A stretch of DNA of 64,000 nt from a virus (lineage: Duplodnaviria; Caudoviricetes). Location: the IMG/VR virus record IMGVR_UViG_3300033072_000208, positions 7,536 to 71,535 of that record; one strand, given 5' to 3'. Within the stretch, counting starts at the first letter, position 1. Every line of letters starts with the position of its first letter. The notes beneath the pieces were generated by a model, which was given only the letters and a program-made list of their open reading frames with translations, ran no database searches and had not been told where the DNA came from. This document shows positions 1 through 8,557 of this stretch, piece by piece. Made by a program: the position numbers and the translations under genes.

Positions 1-528
1 GCACGATAGACTTGAGCCGTGCAACTTCTCAGTGACCTCATAGGTCTGACCTGCATATTCTTCAATCTTAATGTTCTGAACACGTTCTTGACACGTCTTA
101 GGAATTTCAGAAGGAAAATTTCCTTTAATCAGCCCACGAAGTTGTGCAGGGATAGGGCGCTCCCATTTCTGGATACCAAGTGCATCCGTACAATCCATGC
201 CCTCTAGTTTAACAAAACTGTCGGGGATAGGAAGAATAAGCCCCTGACTTAGTTGCCCACGAAGCCGCGCTGTCCTTAGACGTTCCCCCTTCACACCTTC
301 AAACTCCCGAGGTTCTTTACCCTTACTAAGGAACGGGGCTAGTTCGTGGGGAATCCAGCTATCCACTTCGCAGAACACAACATAGTCACCAACTTCATAC
401 TTGTCTTTTGAATCAACAACCCACCAACCATTAATGCGATATGCCACAATTCGGTCAGCCCCTTCGATAGGTTTAATCTCTGCAATCTTTTGTACAGAGG
501 CCATCTTACGTTCAATATCAGACATCAT
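1..528 (-). CDS. RNA ligase (Rnl2-like, DRB0094 family), 3'-truncated by the window edge
   Basis: Not in the ORF track because it runs off the edge. Hand translation: MMSDIERKMASVQKIAEIKPIEGADRI...CEVDSWIPHELAPFLSKGKEPREFEGVKGERLRTARLRGQLSQGL...YEVTEKLHGSS; KLHG is ligase motif I; RBS AGGAG upstream. Confidence 0.88.
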   Translation of the reverse strand, partial: MMSDIERKMASVQKIAEIKPIEGADRIVAYRINGWWVVDSKDKYEVGDYVVFCEVDSWIPHELAPFLSKGKEPREFEGVKGERLRTARLRGQLSQGLILPIPDSFVKLEGMDCTDALGIQKWERPIPAQLRGLIKGNFPSEIPKTCQERVQNIKIEEYAGQTYEVTEKLHGSSLSC

Positions 529-544
529 CTCTCCTTAATATCTC

Positions 545-829
545 TTAATCCAGATCAACGAATTCCAGTTCTGCCAGACGTTTCACTTGTGCGTACAGAG
601 CCTTGATTTCACGTTCTTTGCTATTCTTGTCCCCAAAGCGCGCAATGGTCTTTAGAATGTGGAAGATCGTTCCAGTATCATCCTTCTTTCCGAGTTGCCA
701 TTGCTTTGAAACGAAGTAGGGATCGACCTTAATGCTCCCACGATCTACATCTTGCAGGGAGATTGTGTATTCAAACGAGTAGTGCTTATCTGTCCAAGTG
801 TTCTTGTTTTTAGTACCCAATTCCACCAT
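545..829 (-). CDS. hypothetical phage protein
   Basis: ORF track; RBS GGAGA; co-oriented in the operon. Confidence 0.6.
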   Translation of the reverse strand: MVELGTKNKNTWTDKHYSFEYTISLQDVDRGSIKVDPYFVSKQWQLGKKDDTGTIFHILKTIARFGDKNSKEREIKALYAQVKRLAELEFVDLD

Positions 830-831
830 AT

Positions 832-1035
832 TTATTCTCCCTTGAGGAAATCTTGCACAGTAAGAACCATGCTCTCATATATGGCAATAAGAGCATATAC
901 CATTTCCATTGCGTTATACTTATCTTGCTGAGTCTCAAGATAATCTAGAATACCTTCAGCAAGTTCTTTTACAGCCTCTCGGTTAATCTCTACAATTTCT
1001 TCTTCCATCATCACCTCCTTGTTGGACAAGTACAT
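832..1035 (-). CDS. hypothetical acidic protein
   Basis: ORF track; directly downstream of a sigma70-like promoter. Confidence 0.55.
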   Translation of the reverse strand: MYLSNKEVMMEEEIVEINREAVKELAEGILDYLETQQDKYNAMEMVYALIAIYESMVLTVQDFLKGE

Positions 1036-1037
1036 GT

Positions 1038-1066
1038 ATATTACACACTCGTCCGAATTGTGTCAA
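1038..1066 (-). promoter_or_regulatory. sigma70-like promoter
   Basis: TTGACA-17nt-TAATAT on the - strand. Confidence 0.65.
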
Positions 1067-1848
1067 GTACTACCTCCATAACGCTCTTTCAGAAAGTCTA
1101 GAGAAATAAATGAAGGTAGAGCAAACCCGTCTTTCACTTCATACAGCATTGTGATACCAGCGAATGTGTCATTTCCACCTTGCCACCCTTTGTACTCTTC
1201 TCGATGAGGGTATGTACGACCATTAATAATCCCGATCTGGTTCTTACCTTCTAATGTTGTTCGGATGGCAATATCCAACACTTGCTTGTGACCCATAACA
1301 AACGATGCACCAACAGTCTTCAGCATCCCTGACGCACTCCCTGAATAGGGGCGGCCAGACATCGGGTTTGCAAGGTAATGGACGAAGTTAATTCCTTCGA
1401 TATTGACAGGCTTTAGAAACTCATACACTTCCCATCCGTATTGCTCAATGTTGAGTTCTTTTGTTCCAATAAATCCAACAAGCTCAGGATTATCATTAGC
1501 TGCTCTGTCCAATCTTTCGTCGTGATTACCAAGTGTCATAACCATCCGTGGAGAATAGACTTTCTTCTTGAAATATCGCTGGCTTTGTTGTAGTTTTTTG
1601 ATTGGCTCCATCATTCGCCGCATACCTTCATGCCCGACCTCAATATCCTCTTTGACACGACGCCCCTCAAAAGATGCTTTGCCTTTATCATATGAGGACA
1701 ACGAGGGCATGTCCCACCAGTCCCCAATCTGGACGATAATATCTGGGCGCTTATCAGCAATATATCGCCCAACGTGCTCCAGATGGTCTAGGTTTTGTCC
1801 GGGTTTTACTTGGGTGTCTCCGATGACACAGATTGTCTTACCTGCCAT
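1063..1848 (-). CDS. calcineurin-like metallophosphoesterase
   Basis: Motifs IGDTQ, GDWWD, GNHD, HY, GHKQ. Confidence 0.88.
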   Translation of the reverse strand: MAGKTICVIGDTQVKPGQNLDHLEHVGRYIADKRPDIIVQIGDWWDMPSLSSYDKGKASFEGRRVKEDIEVGHEGMRRMMEPIKKLQQSQRYFKKKVYSPRMVMTLGNHDERLDRAANDNPELVGFIGTKELNIEQYGWEVYEFLKPVNIEGINFVHYLANPMSGRPYSGSASGMLKTVGASFVMGHKQVLDIAIRTTLEGKNQIGIINGRTYPHREEYKGWQGGNDTFAGITMLYEVKDGFALPSFISLDFLKERYGGST

Positions 1849-2105
1849 TTACTCTCCTTGATCGTAGGACCGCCACAATAATAAGTGTTTGGTCTATTCT
1901 TAAGCCAATCTAGAAGATTGGGGTTGTGTGCAGTCTTTGTGATTTCATATTGGGATGCAATCTCTTGTTCAAGAGCACAAATATACTCGTGAGCAGCATC
2001 CCACATATCTCCATCGTAGTTTGCTTCACCTTCATAGTCTTCCATGTTATCTGTGATAAATGGTGGAATGTAATCCCTGACATACTTGTAAGCATACGCT
2101 GCCAT
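1806..2105 (-). CDS. hypothetical protein
   Basis: ORF track; RBS GGAGG before the ATG. Confidence 0.55.
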   Translation of the reverse strand: MAAYAYKYVRDYIPPFITDNMEDYEGEANYDGDMWDAAHEYICALEQEIASQYEITKTAHNPNLLDWLKNRPNTYYCGGPTIKESKWQVRQSVSSETPK

Positions 2106-2170
2106 AATATCCTCCCAAGAATGGGGACTTTCATCCCCATTTCTGTTGTGTCTGTATTAAACTCTACATT

Positions 2171-2503
2171 TTATTTATTTTCTTCAATAAAACTGCGAAT
2201 TTCATCAACAATATCATGTCCGTGTAAAAGGCACTCTGCCACTGAGAGTAATTCTAAAGCTCTATCTAGAATAATCTCTTGTTTTTCTCTTACTTCTATA
2301 ATCTCATAAACGTTCTGCTCATCAAATTTTAGAATTTCATTACCGTATCTGCCAATTTTATATGGTCTTGTGTCTTCCGGGCCTGAATAGCCGCGATAGA
2401 TATATGCGTTCTTCGCCGCACCTTTTGTTCTCCATGCACTCTTACCAGACCCGGCTATCCACGGTTCCTTTGTATCACTATTCCGAATAATGAAGATAGA
2501 CAT
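2171..2503 (-). CDS. hypothetical protein
   Basis: ORF track; co-oriented. Confidence 0.55.
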   Translation of the reverse strand: MSIFIIRNSDTKEPWIAGSGKSAWRTKGAAKNAYIYRGYSGPEDTRPYKIGRYGNEILKFDEQNVYEIIEVREKQEIILDRALELLSVAECLLHGHDIVDEIRSFIEENK

Positions 2504-2528
2504 ATTTTAATCATCCCCTTTTATTGTA

Positions 2529-3470
2529 TTAACTTTGATTAAGAAAGTCTTCTACCGAAGCGTAGAATGAAGGCATTCCAATGGAAGGATCAACTTCTAC
2601 AGAGATTGCTCCGTAATTCTCGTCTTCGGCTTGGAAACGGACAATATAACTTCGTGTTCCAATTACTCTATATCCCCAATCAAACTCACCGGACATCAGA
2701 CTAGAATACATTTCACGAATGTACTTGAGAATTTCCTGTTCAATCTCTTCTACAGAAAGATCCTTTTTAATTGTGTGCTTGTTATTTGCAACATCAAATT
2801 CGGCAGCGGCACGGACAGAATTTACGTTGATAGAAATAAGTTTCCTAGCGGATGGTTTCTTATCAGAAAAATCCTCTTTTGCAGAGACTTCTTTAACCAT
2901 AATCCAATCTCCATATGACAGATAACATTCTACCTCTGCATTGTTGTACATCCTTTTACAAGATTCCCTAGTATCGCCACCTACCCATTCAACCATGTAA
3001 CCATCATTACAGCGAATTGCTGAAAAAATAGTTCCATTGTGTTCGCAATCGGACCAATGACGAAACTTAAAGGTATCTGGTGCGGCTAGATCTTTAATTT
3101 GTTCTTCAACTTTCTCTTCTACATAAACTTCCCACACGGGATTCTCACCATATAAAGAATCAAACACTTCCTCTTCACGGTGGAAGATTCGAAGAGTGAT
3201 TTGCCCACCAGTCATAACATAGAGGTTGTTGGCATCTTTGCACAGATCGTAAATACTGCCAGTGAGAAGTCCTCGCACCTTAAATTTATCAGGTACAGTA
3301 AGAATCCAATGATGACATTGAACAAAGCCATCAACTTCACGTTCTGAGAACGTAGTGTTCGACTGCAAATCGCCCCCGGAGATTACATACTCACTCTCAT
3401 ATTTGGTGGCAAGATAAATAATACTTTCATCACTGTGGTGGTAAAACCAAAACTTATTCGGGACTTTCAT
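2529..3470 (-). CDS. hypothetical protein with three ~60-aa repeated domains
   Basis: Recurring P-x-K/T-F-x-[FV] starts and W-x-x-[TYV] ends; RBS GGAGAG. Confidence 0.6.
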   Translation of the reverse strand: MKVPNKFWFYHHSDESIIYLATKYESEYVISGGDLQSNTTFSEREVDGFVQCHHWILTVPDKFKVRGLLTGSIYDLCKDANNLYVMTGGQITLRIFHREEEVFDSLYGENPVWEVYVEEKVEEQIKDLAAPDTFKFRHWSDCEHNGTIFSAIRCNDGYMVEWVGGDTRESCKRMYNNAEVECYLSYGDWIMVKEVSAKEDFSDKKPSARKLISINVNSVRAAAEFDVANNKHTIKKDLSVEEIEQEILKYIREMYSSLMSGEFDWGYRVIGTRSYIVRFQAEDENYGAISVEVDPSIGMPSFYASVEDFLNQS

Positions 3471-3646
3471 TAACGCTCTCCTTTCTCTTGTTCTACGTAC
3501 ATCTCTTCAAAGATCTGTTTAGCATTCTCGTATCCATCCCAATTGTCCACGCCTGCACAATCTAGAGCATCTGCCCAAGTTGCTTGTTCAACAAGATCAT
3601 AGTATTCAGTCTTGCTGATAGTAATAGTATTAGTGACATCTTTCAT
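3470..3646 (-). CDS. small phage protein (GVDNWDGY motif)
   Basis: Hand translation MKDVTNTITISKTEYYDLVEQATWADALDCAGVDNWDGYENAKQIFEEMYVEQEKGER; RBS AAGGAG; TAATG overlap with the next gene. Confidence 0.65.
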   Translation of the reverse strand: MKDVTNTITISKTEYYDLVEQATWADALDCAGVDNWDGYENAKQIFEEMYVEQEKGER

Positions 3647-4184
3647 TAATTCTCTCCTTAAGGATTTGTTTCACTATCTGCTCTCTACGAGCCTTCTGTG
3701 AGCGCAACGCCACTATGCCACGTTCCTCTAGCCACGTCAAGTCTTTTTTCTCCTTGAGGATTTTGATGGCCTCTTTCTCCGCAAATGCCTCATCAAAAGA
3801 GATTCCCATCTTCTCCGCATGGGTCTTGCACTTGTGGCAGGGCTTGCATGCGAAAGACAAGTCCCCTTCAGACACGCAGACAATACCCTCAATAAAGGGC
3901 TGTAGATCGTCTAAATCCTTTAAAGAGTGGTTGCCAATGGTGTGATCTACCTCAACATCTTTTAACAGGAATTCGCCACCACAAACCCCACAAATAGCTC
4001 CCCAGACCTCAGCAACACGCCCCCTTGGATTAGGGTTTGGAATTCTGATCCTGTTCTTTCGGATGAACTCCAGTTTAATAGGGCTTCTGTTCCACAAAGC
4101 TCTACGAATCCCTCCGCGAAGGAAACTCATAAAAGCAGCCTTAGTTTTCCAGATGTGTGGGTAGTTAATCCAGGGTTCTTTCAT
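3630..4184 (-). CDS. HNH endonuclease
   Basis: CGVCG...VDH...CKPCHKCKT. Confidence 0.78.
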   Translation of the reverse strand: MKEPWINYPHIWKTKAAFMSFLRGGIRRALWNRSPIKLEFIRKNRIRIPNPNPRGRVAEVWGAICGVCGGEFLLKDVEVDHTIGNHSLKDLDDLQPFIEGIVCVSEGDLSFACKPCHKCKTHAEKMGISFDEAFAEKEAIKILKEKKDLTWLEERGIVALRSQKARREQIVKQILKERINERCH

Positions 4185-5227
4185 ACAGGAACTCCCTGCT
4201 CATCTAGAAAGTCCTTAACGTGTCTTACAGGATGTAATACATCACGACGAAGCCGTAGGAGCTGGAAACGTTCATTTAGATGGTCCATCCAATCCCACTG
4301 CACAACATCGCCTCGGAACGTTGTGAAACTCTTCTTTTCAGGGCCGTAATAAGCCCTGTAAGCCTCTGAAACACGTTCGTACATACCTTGAGGTGTCTGA
4401 CCATCTAAAATCGCTTCAGCGGTCTTTTTACCCACACCTTTTGTCTTACGAACACCCCATTCTTTTGCAAGGGAGTCATCCAACGCTGGGAGCGGTGGGA
4501 TGGAGTCGGTGGAATCCCCACACAGAAGCTGAGTTGCAAAATAACGGTGGGCTTGTTCCTCTGTAATTTTAGCTAAACCGTCCTGAGGGTTGTCAAAATC
4601 GTAATGCCAGCAAGGAATCTGTTTGATGTCCTTATCCACATAAACACCAACTGTTGATAATCTAGAGTGATCCTTTCCTGATTTAATCCAATCTTGCCAC
4701 AAGATGCTAGAGACAATATCATCATCTTCAACATCCTGCACGATAACAAGTTTGCTCTTATACTTGCGGATCAGGTATTCCTTGACATATTCTATGAGCA
4801 GTGGTTTAGGAGAACGTCCGTGTTTGTATGGTTGTGTCTGTGCTTCAGCATACCTGAAGTTTTCTCCAACCCCAAGACAAATAACGTAGTCATCACACCA
4901 AGCATTATCTGTAATTGATTTAATCTTATTGTTCAGCCTCCCACATGCAACAGCCTCTGGAGATGCGCCAAATCCATCAATTAGATTTGTATGAGAATCT
5001 ACATCAAAATCCTCAACAGAGAACGGAGACAACCCTTTCTCAATGCGAGCATCGTTTGTTGATTGAAGCCATCCACCAGCCTTCTTACTGTGATGCCCCC
5101 AAAACTGTGTAGCGTTGTCAAATTCCTTCTGTCGTCCAGACTTTTTATGTGTAACAACCACTTTGGTTTCTTGTGCTGCCAATGCCGCATGAACAAGGAT
5201 TGTTCCGATGTCAATGATTGCTTTCAT
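4181..5227 (-). CDS. 5'-3' exonuclease / flap endonuclease (T7 gp6-like)
   Basis: IIDIG, NFRY, EDDD, DKDIKQIP, QLLCGDSTDSIP, helix-hairpin GVGKKTA. Confidence 0.85.
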   Translation of the reverse strand: MKAIIDIGTILVHAALAAQETKVVVTHKKSGRQKEFDNATQFWGHHSKKAGGWLQSTNDARIEKGLSPFSVEDFDVDSHTNLIDGFGASPEAVACGRLNNKIKSITDNAWCDDYVICLGVGENFRYAEAQTQPYKHGRSPKPLLIEYVKEYLIRKYKSKLVIVQDVEDDDIVSSILWQDWIKSGKDHSRLSTVGVYVDKDIKQIPCWHYDFDNPQDGLAKITEEQAHRYFATQLLCGDSTDSIPPLPALDDSLAKEWGVRKTKGVGKKTAEAILDGQTPQGMYERVSEAYRAYYGPEKKSFTTFRGDVVQWDWMDHLNERFQLLRLRRDVLHPVRHVKDFLDEQGVPV

Positions 5228-5529
5228 TCATCGTCTTCCTCTGGCCGAACATAATCCAGCGGATTATAGCCAGATACATTAGGCCCAACAATACCTAGCA
5301 GCCAGTCAATCCTGTCTTGCTCGTCAGAGATAACTTTAAGATCGACAGAAGACAGCGTTCCGCTAATATCAGAGTGCTTTCCAAGAATCTCTCCAAAATA
5401 CACTTGTGAGCCGATGGCGGCATCTACTTCAGATTCTTCTGCAATAAACAGACCCTCAACATCCCCCATGCGACCACAATCCCAAAAGAAACTATACAGC
5501 TTTTTCATCAGTGTTCTCCTTTCGACCAA
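5224..5529 (-). CDS. hypothetical phage protein
   Basis: ORF track (DCGRMGDVEGLF...GEILGKHS). Confidence 0.6.
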   Translation of the reverse strand: MVERRTLMKKLYSFFWDCGRMGDVEGLFIAEESEVDAAIGSQVYFGEILGKHSDISGTLSSVDLKVISDEQDRIDWLLGIVGPNVSGYNPLDYVRPEEDDE

Positions 5530-5887
5530 ACTGCTCTACATGCTTTTCATATTTATCTGCTCGCTCATACTTACGCCTCAGGCGTGCTTTCGGTAGAGTG
5601 AGATTCCCATTCTCGTCTCTATATTTAGACTTTTCTTTTTGTTTCTGGTAGTGCTCTTTTGCTCTTGCTCTTGCGCATTCCTTGCAAATGCCACAGATAC
5701 CAAAAGCAATGTTCTTTGCCTTATGAAACTCTTCTACTAACTTCCATTTCTTGCACGCAGAACACTGCACACGTCCATTCACAATATATCGTTTTCTGTT
5801 TGGTGCTTTGTTTGGATCATTTGGATCATTAGATAGTGGGTATCTAGACTCATATTGTACGTTTTCATCAGCAGATTGTTTTGTCAT
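5492..5887 (-). CDS. zinc-ribbon protein related to the N-terminus of homing endonucleases; no nuclease domain
   Basis: CSAC-x10-K-x8-C-x2-CKEC. Confidence 0.55.
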   Translation of the reverse strand: MTKQSADENVQYESRYPLSNDPNDPNKAPNRKRYIVNGRVQCSACKKWKLVEEFHKAKNIAFGICGICKECARARAKEHYQKQKEKSKYRDENGNLTLPKARLRRKYERADKYEKHVEQFGRKENTDEKAV

Positions 5888-5958
5888 ATAACCTTCAATA
5901 AAGAAAAAGGGAGCAATCCTTTCGGAAAGCCCCCTTGAATTATGCCACAGACGAAGGC

Positions 5959-6189
5959 TTAGGCATTAACGAGTTCTTCATATTTTGCAATAAGAGCTTC
6001 GTTCTCTGCCTGCATTTCTTCAAACTTGGTGTTTGCGTGTAGCTTTGCAGCCTTCTTGATTAGTTTGATGTCTTCTTTGTCAATGTCCGCCTCTTTAGCT
6101 GCTTCTGTGATGGCCTTCACTTCAGCTTTTACAGCCAGTGCTGCGAGTTCTTGTTGGACAAGGGCATCGAATAGTTGTTGTTCAGTCAT
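5959..6189 (-). CDS. small helical protein, possibly DsbA/GapR-like dsDNA-binding
   Basis: Start reassigned to MTEQQLFD; ~76 aa helical with EVKAITEAAKE..IDK..IK..AKLH..KFEE, reminiscent of T4 DsbA. Confidence 0.45.
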   Translation of the reverse strand: MTEQQLFDALVQQELAALAVKAEVKAITEAAKEADIDKEDIKLIKKAAKLHANTKFEEMQAENEALIAKYEELVNA

Positions 6190-6190
6190 C

Positions 6191-6310
6191 TTAATTTCCT
6201 TTACGAATACCGGCCACAATTTCAAGCAAAACTTGCCGAATTTCGTTCTTACCCCAAGAATTCTTTGTGTTCAAGATTTCATAAAACAATGTGAGTTGTT
6301 GTTCGGTCAT
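6191..6310 (-). CDS. hypothetical 39-aa protein
   Basis: Hand translation MTEQQLTLFYEILNTKNSWGKNEIRQVLLEIVAGIRKGN; RBS AAGGAG. Confidence 0.55.
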   Translation of the reverse strand: MTEQQLTLFYEILNTKNSWGKNEIRQVLLEIVAGIRKGN

Positions 6311-6331
6311 TTAGTTCTCTCCTTAAACTTG

Positions 6332-6559
6332 TTATTTCTTGTTAGTAATAGTACCGTAGATGTAACTACCAAGTGCTCCAATAGCTGCTAGGGCGAAAGC
6401 AATCCCAATAACACTGAGTACAACAACTAGAGGACCCCACAGTGGAAGCGTTACAATCACCCAGGAAAGGGAAGCACCAATACCAATCTCGAACACCTTG
6501 GCAGCAATCATAACAGAAAAGGCAATCAGCATCGCAATGCCGAACGGTGAAATTTTCAT
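6332..6559 (-). CDS. small two-TM membrane protein
   Basis: Hydrophobic FGIAMLIAFSVMIAAKVF...SWVIVTLPLW; start reassigned using RBS GGAGA. Confidence 0.65.
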   Translation of the reverse strand: MKISPFGIAMLIAFSVMIAAKVFEIGIGASLSWVIVTLPLWGPLVVVLSVIGIAFALAAIGALGSYIYGTITNKK

Positions 6560-6573
6560 ACTATTCTCCATAG

Positions 6574-6591
6574 AAGCCCCTTTCGGGGCTT
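6574..6591 (-). terminator. GC hairpin after the HNH gene
   Basis: AAGCCCC-GAAA-GGGGCTT. Confidence 0.5.
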
Positions 6592-6603
6592 TTGTGCGTT
6601 GCA

Positions 6604-7131
6604 TCAAAAAGGGATGTGCGCAGACGGTTTGTCGGGATCTCTTCCAATTTCATTTAAACGTTTATGCTCTTTTCCGTGACACCTTGGGCAGAGCCACGTA
6701 ACGTCTAAGTGGTGCTCAGGAAGATAAGACCAATGATGTTTGTGGAGTTTTACATCGGTAACTCCACAATGTTCGCATGAAAGTTTTCTTTCAAGTTTGC
6801 CATCCCTCACTGCGTTATTTGCAGACTGTTGAGCTTCCTTTTTGTGTTGGTTTTTTATCTCCCACAATTTCTTGACTTTACGAACCCTTTCCCTAAACTC
6901 TGGATCATTGCAGTATCTTTCTTTATCTTTCAGAGCCTGCCTTAGACTTCTTTCATATGCGTTTGGTCTGTTCCTGTCGTACTCTTGAACTTTCGGATTT
7001 GTCCTTCTACGATGGGTCACATCAGATTTAGTACAATTTTTGCACTTATTAAGGTGTCCATCTGCCATCCTAGCATGTTTGTAAAATTCTGTGAGGGGTT
7101 TTTCAACCCCGCACTTAAAGCATGGTTTCAT
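6604..7131 (-). CDS. zinc-finger HNH homing endonuclease
   Basis: CFKC..KPLTEFYK...CKNC at the N-terminus; CEHC...HKHHWSY...CPRCH at the C-terminus. Confidence 0.78.
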   Translation of the reverse strand: MKPCFKCGVEKPLTEFYKHARMADGHLNKCKNCTKSDVTHRRRTNPKVQEYDRNRPNAYERSLRQALKDKERYCNDPEFRERVRKVKKLWEIKNQHKKEAQQSANNAVRDGKLERKLSCEHCGVTDVKLHKHHWSYLPEHHLDVTWLCPRCHGKEHKRLNEIGRDPDKPSAHIPF

Positions 7132-7134
7132 TGT

Positions 7135-8100
7135 TTAGAATGGAATCGAGTCAAAATCGTCAAAATCATCATCAGGAGCCTTGTTTGTTGATGGCTTCTG
7201 TTCTGGCTTTGTATCTTTCTGAGCATCACCGTCTTCATTCTTGTAGCGAATAGCTTCCACTTGCTTCTGGAGAGCAGAACCTTCCCAATTGGAAGCGAGG
7301 CTACAAGTGTTTAGGACATGGGCACGAACTTCTTTCACAGCCTGCTCATCATTTGATTTGTTCATTTGAATCAAAAGAGGAGTGGTTTTGATTTCAGGGG
7401 CAGCTTGACCACGACCTAGAGCACCAACAAAGTTGATATATTCTGTGTAATAACTCTTGCCGTCTTTACCTTCCTTGAAGAACACCTGCGTGGTGAATTG
7501 GAAAGCCTTACCGAGTAGTTTGTCAATGTCCTTAGGAGCAAACACTTCTCCGGGCTTAATCATCTTGTCAGCAACAGCCATCTTGTAAAACAGATGTTTC
7601 TGGTCAAAGCCCCAATCACCAAGTTTCTTATTGACCTTTAGTGGAGTTGGCCGTGCAACAACCATCTTACCCAGCGTGGTATTATAAAACTGTCCGCCAA
7701 GCCACAGACGAAGAGGTTTGGGATCTGAATTACCGAAGAACTGCCCCTTGTCGATCATGATGTCTGGGAAATCGACCGCAACTGCAACACACTGTACAGG
7801 CTTTTGAGGCCAGCACTTAAACCGCACTTGTTTCTTGCTTTGCTGATCAAAGCCATCCTTAAAATAGGTGTTAGGATTCTTAGCAAACTCTTCCTTCTCA
7901 TCGTTCTCGTTGCCGGTGAAAACAACTTCAGCGTCTGGTTGATTCTGAGTGCCAAGATCAACAATCATCGACACATAGCCTACGAGAGTTTCACGGTCTT
8001 GAAGACCAGCAGTTTCCACAACATACTTATTCAGTTCATCATACTGGACTACTTGTTTGCTTTCTTTTTGGCTTTGCTGGCTACCATATACATCAAACAT
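7135..8100 (-). CDS. ssb: single-stranded DNA-binding protein
   Basis: Acidic C-terminal tail DDDFDDFDSIPF; lies in the replication cluster. Confidence 0.7.
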   Translation of the reverse strand: MFDVYGSQQSQKESKQVVQYDELNKYVVETAGLQDRETLVGYVSMIVDLGTQNQPDAEVVFTGNENDEKEEFAKNPNTYFKDGFDQQSKKQVRFKCWPQKPVQCVAVAVDFPDIMIDKGQFFGNSDPKPLRLWLGGQFYNTTLGKMVVARPTPLKVNKKLGDWGFDQKHLFYKMAVADKMIKPGEVFAPKDIDKLLGKAFQFTTQVFFKEGKDGKSYYTEYINFVGALGRGQAAPEIKTTPLLIQMNKSNDEQAVKEVRAHVLNTCSLASNWEGSALQKQVEAIRYKNEDGDAQKDTKPEQKPSTNKAPDDDFDDFDSIPF

Positions 8101-8168
8101 ATTTATATTCCTTTTAAAATTAACTCTTTCTTACGAGTCTTACACTCAGGATCTATCAGACAATCAAA

Positions 8169-8333
8169 TCATCGCACCTCCACAGTTGGCACATATTTAA
8201 CGATAGTGATGTTGTGTTGAAGACCACCATAATTACGTTTGTGTTTTCGAGCAATATCCCGAGTCTCGCACAGACGAATTACAGACTTGGTATTCTTATT
8301 ATATACAGCCCAAAGCGATTCACGAATTTTCAT
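8169..8333 (-). CDS. hypothetical 54-aa basic protein
   Basis: Hand translation MKIRESLWAVYNKNTKSVIRLCETRDIARKHKRNYGG...; RBS AGGAG. Confidence 0.55.
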   Translation of the reverse strand: MKIRESLWAVYNKNTKSVIRLCETRDIARKHKRNYGGLQHNITIVKYVPTVEVR

Positions 8334-8376
8334 CTTCTCTCCTTACGTTAAACAACTATACATGATCCTGTAAGAG

Positions 8377-8464
8377 TAGTGGTGCCCGGAGTCGAACCGA
8401 GATTAGCCGATTATCTGTCGCTACGAGGTATAAGCTCGCCGTTTTACCATTAAACTACACCACT
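8377..8464 (-). tRNA. tRNA-Ile(UAU) with a long variable arm
   Basis: Acceptor AGTGGTG/CACCACT; anticodon stem GCGAG/CTCGT with loop CT-TAT-AC; 21-nt variable region; T-arm CTCGG-TTCGACT-CCGGG; no encoded CCA. Confidence 0.78.
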
Positions 8465-8470
8465 TTTGTT

Positions 8471-8546
8471 TGGCGACCACGGAAAGATTCCAACTTTCAC
8501 CTGAGATTTTAGAAGAATCTGGCTCTTGCATTTAAGCTACGTGGTC
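8471..8546 (-). tRNA. tRNA-Arg(UCU)
   Basis: GACCACG/CGTGGTC; AGATT-CTTCTAA-AATCT; atypical T-loop TTGGAAT; encoded CCA. Confidence 0.82.
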
Positions 8547-8557
8547 AATTTCTTTAA

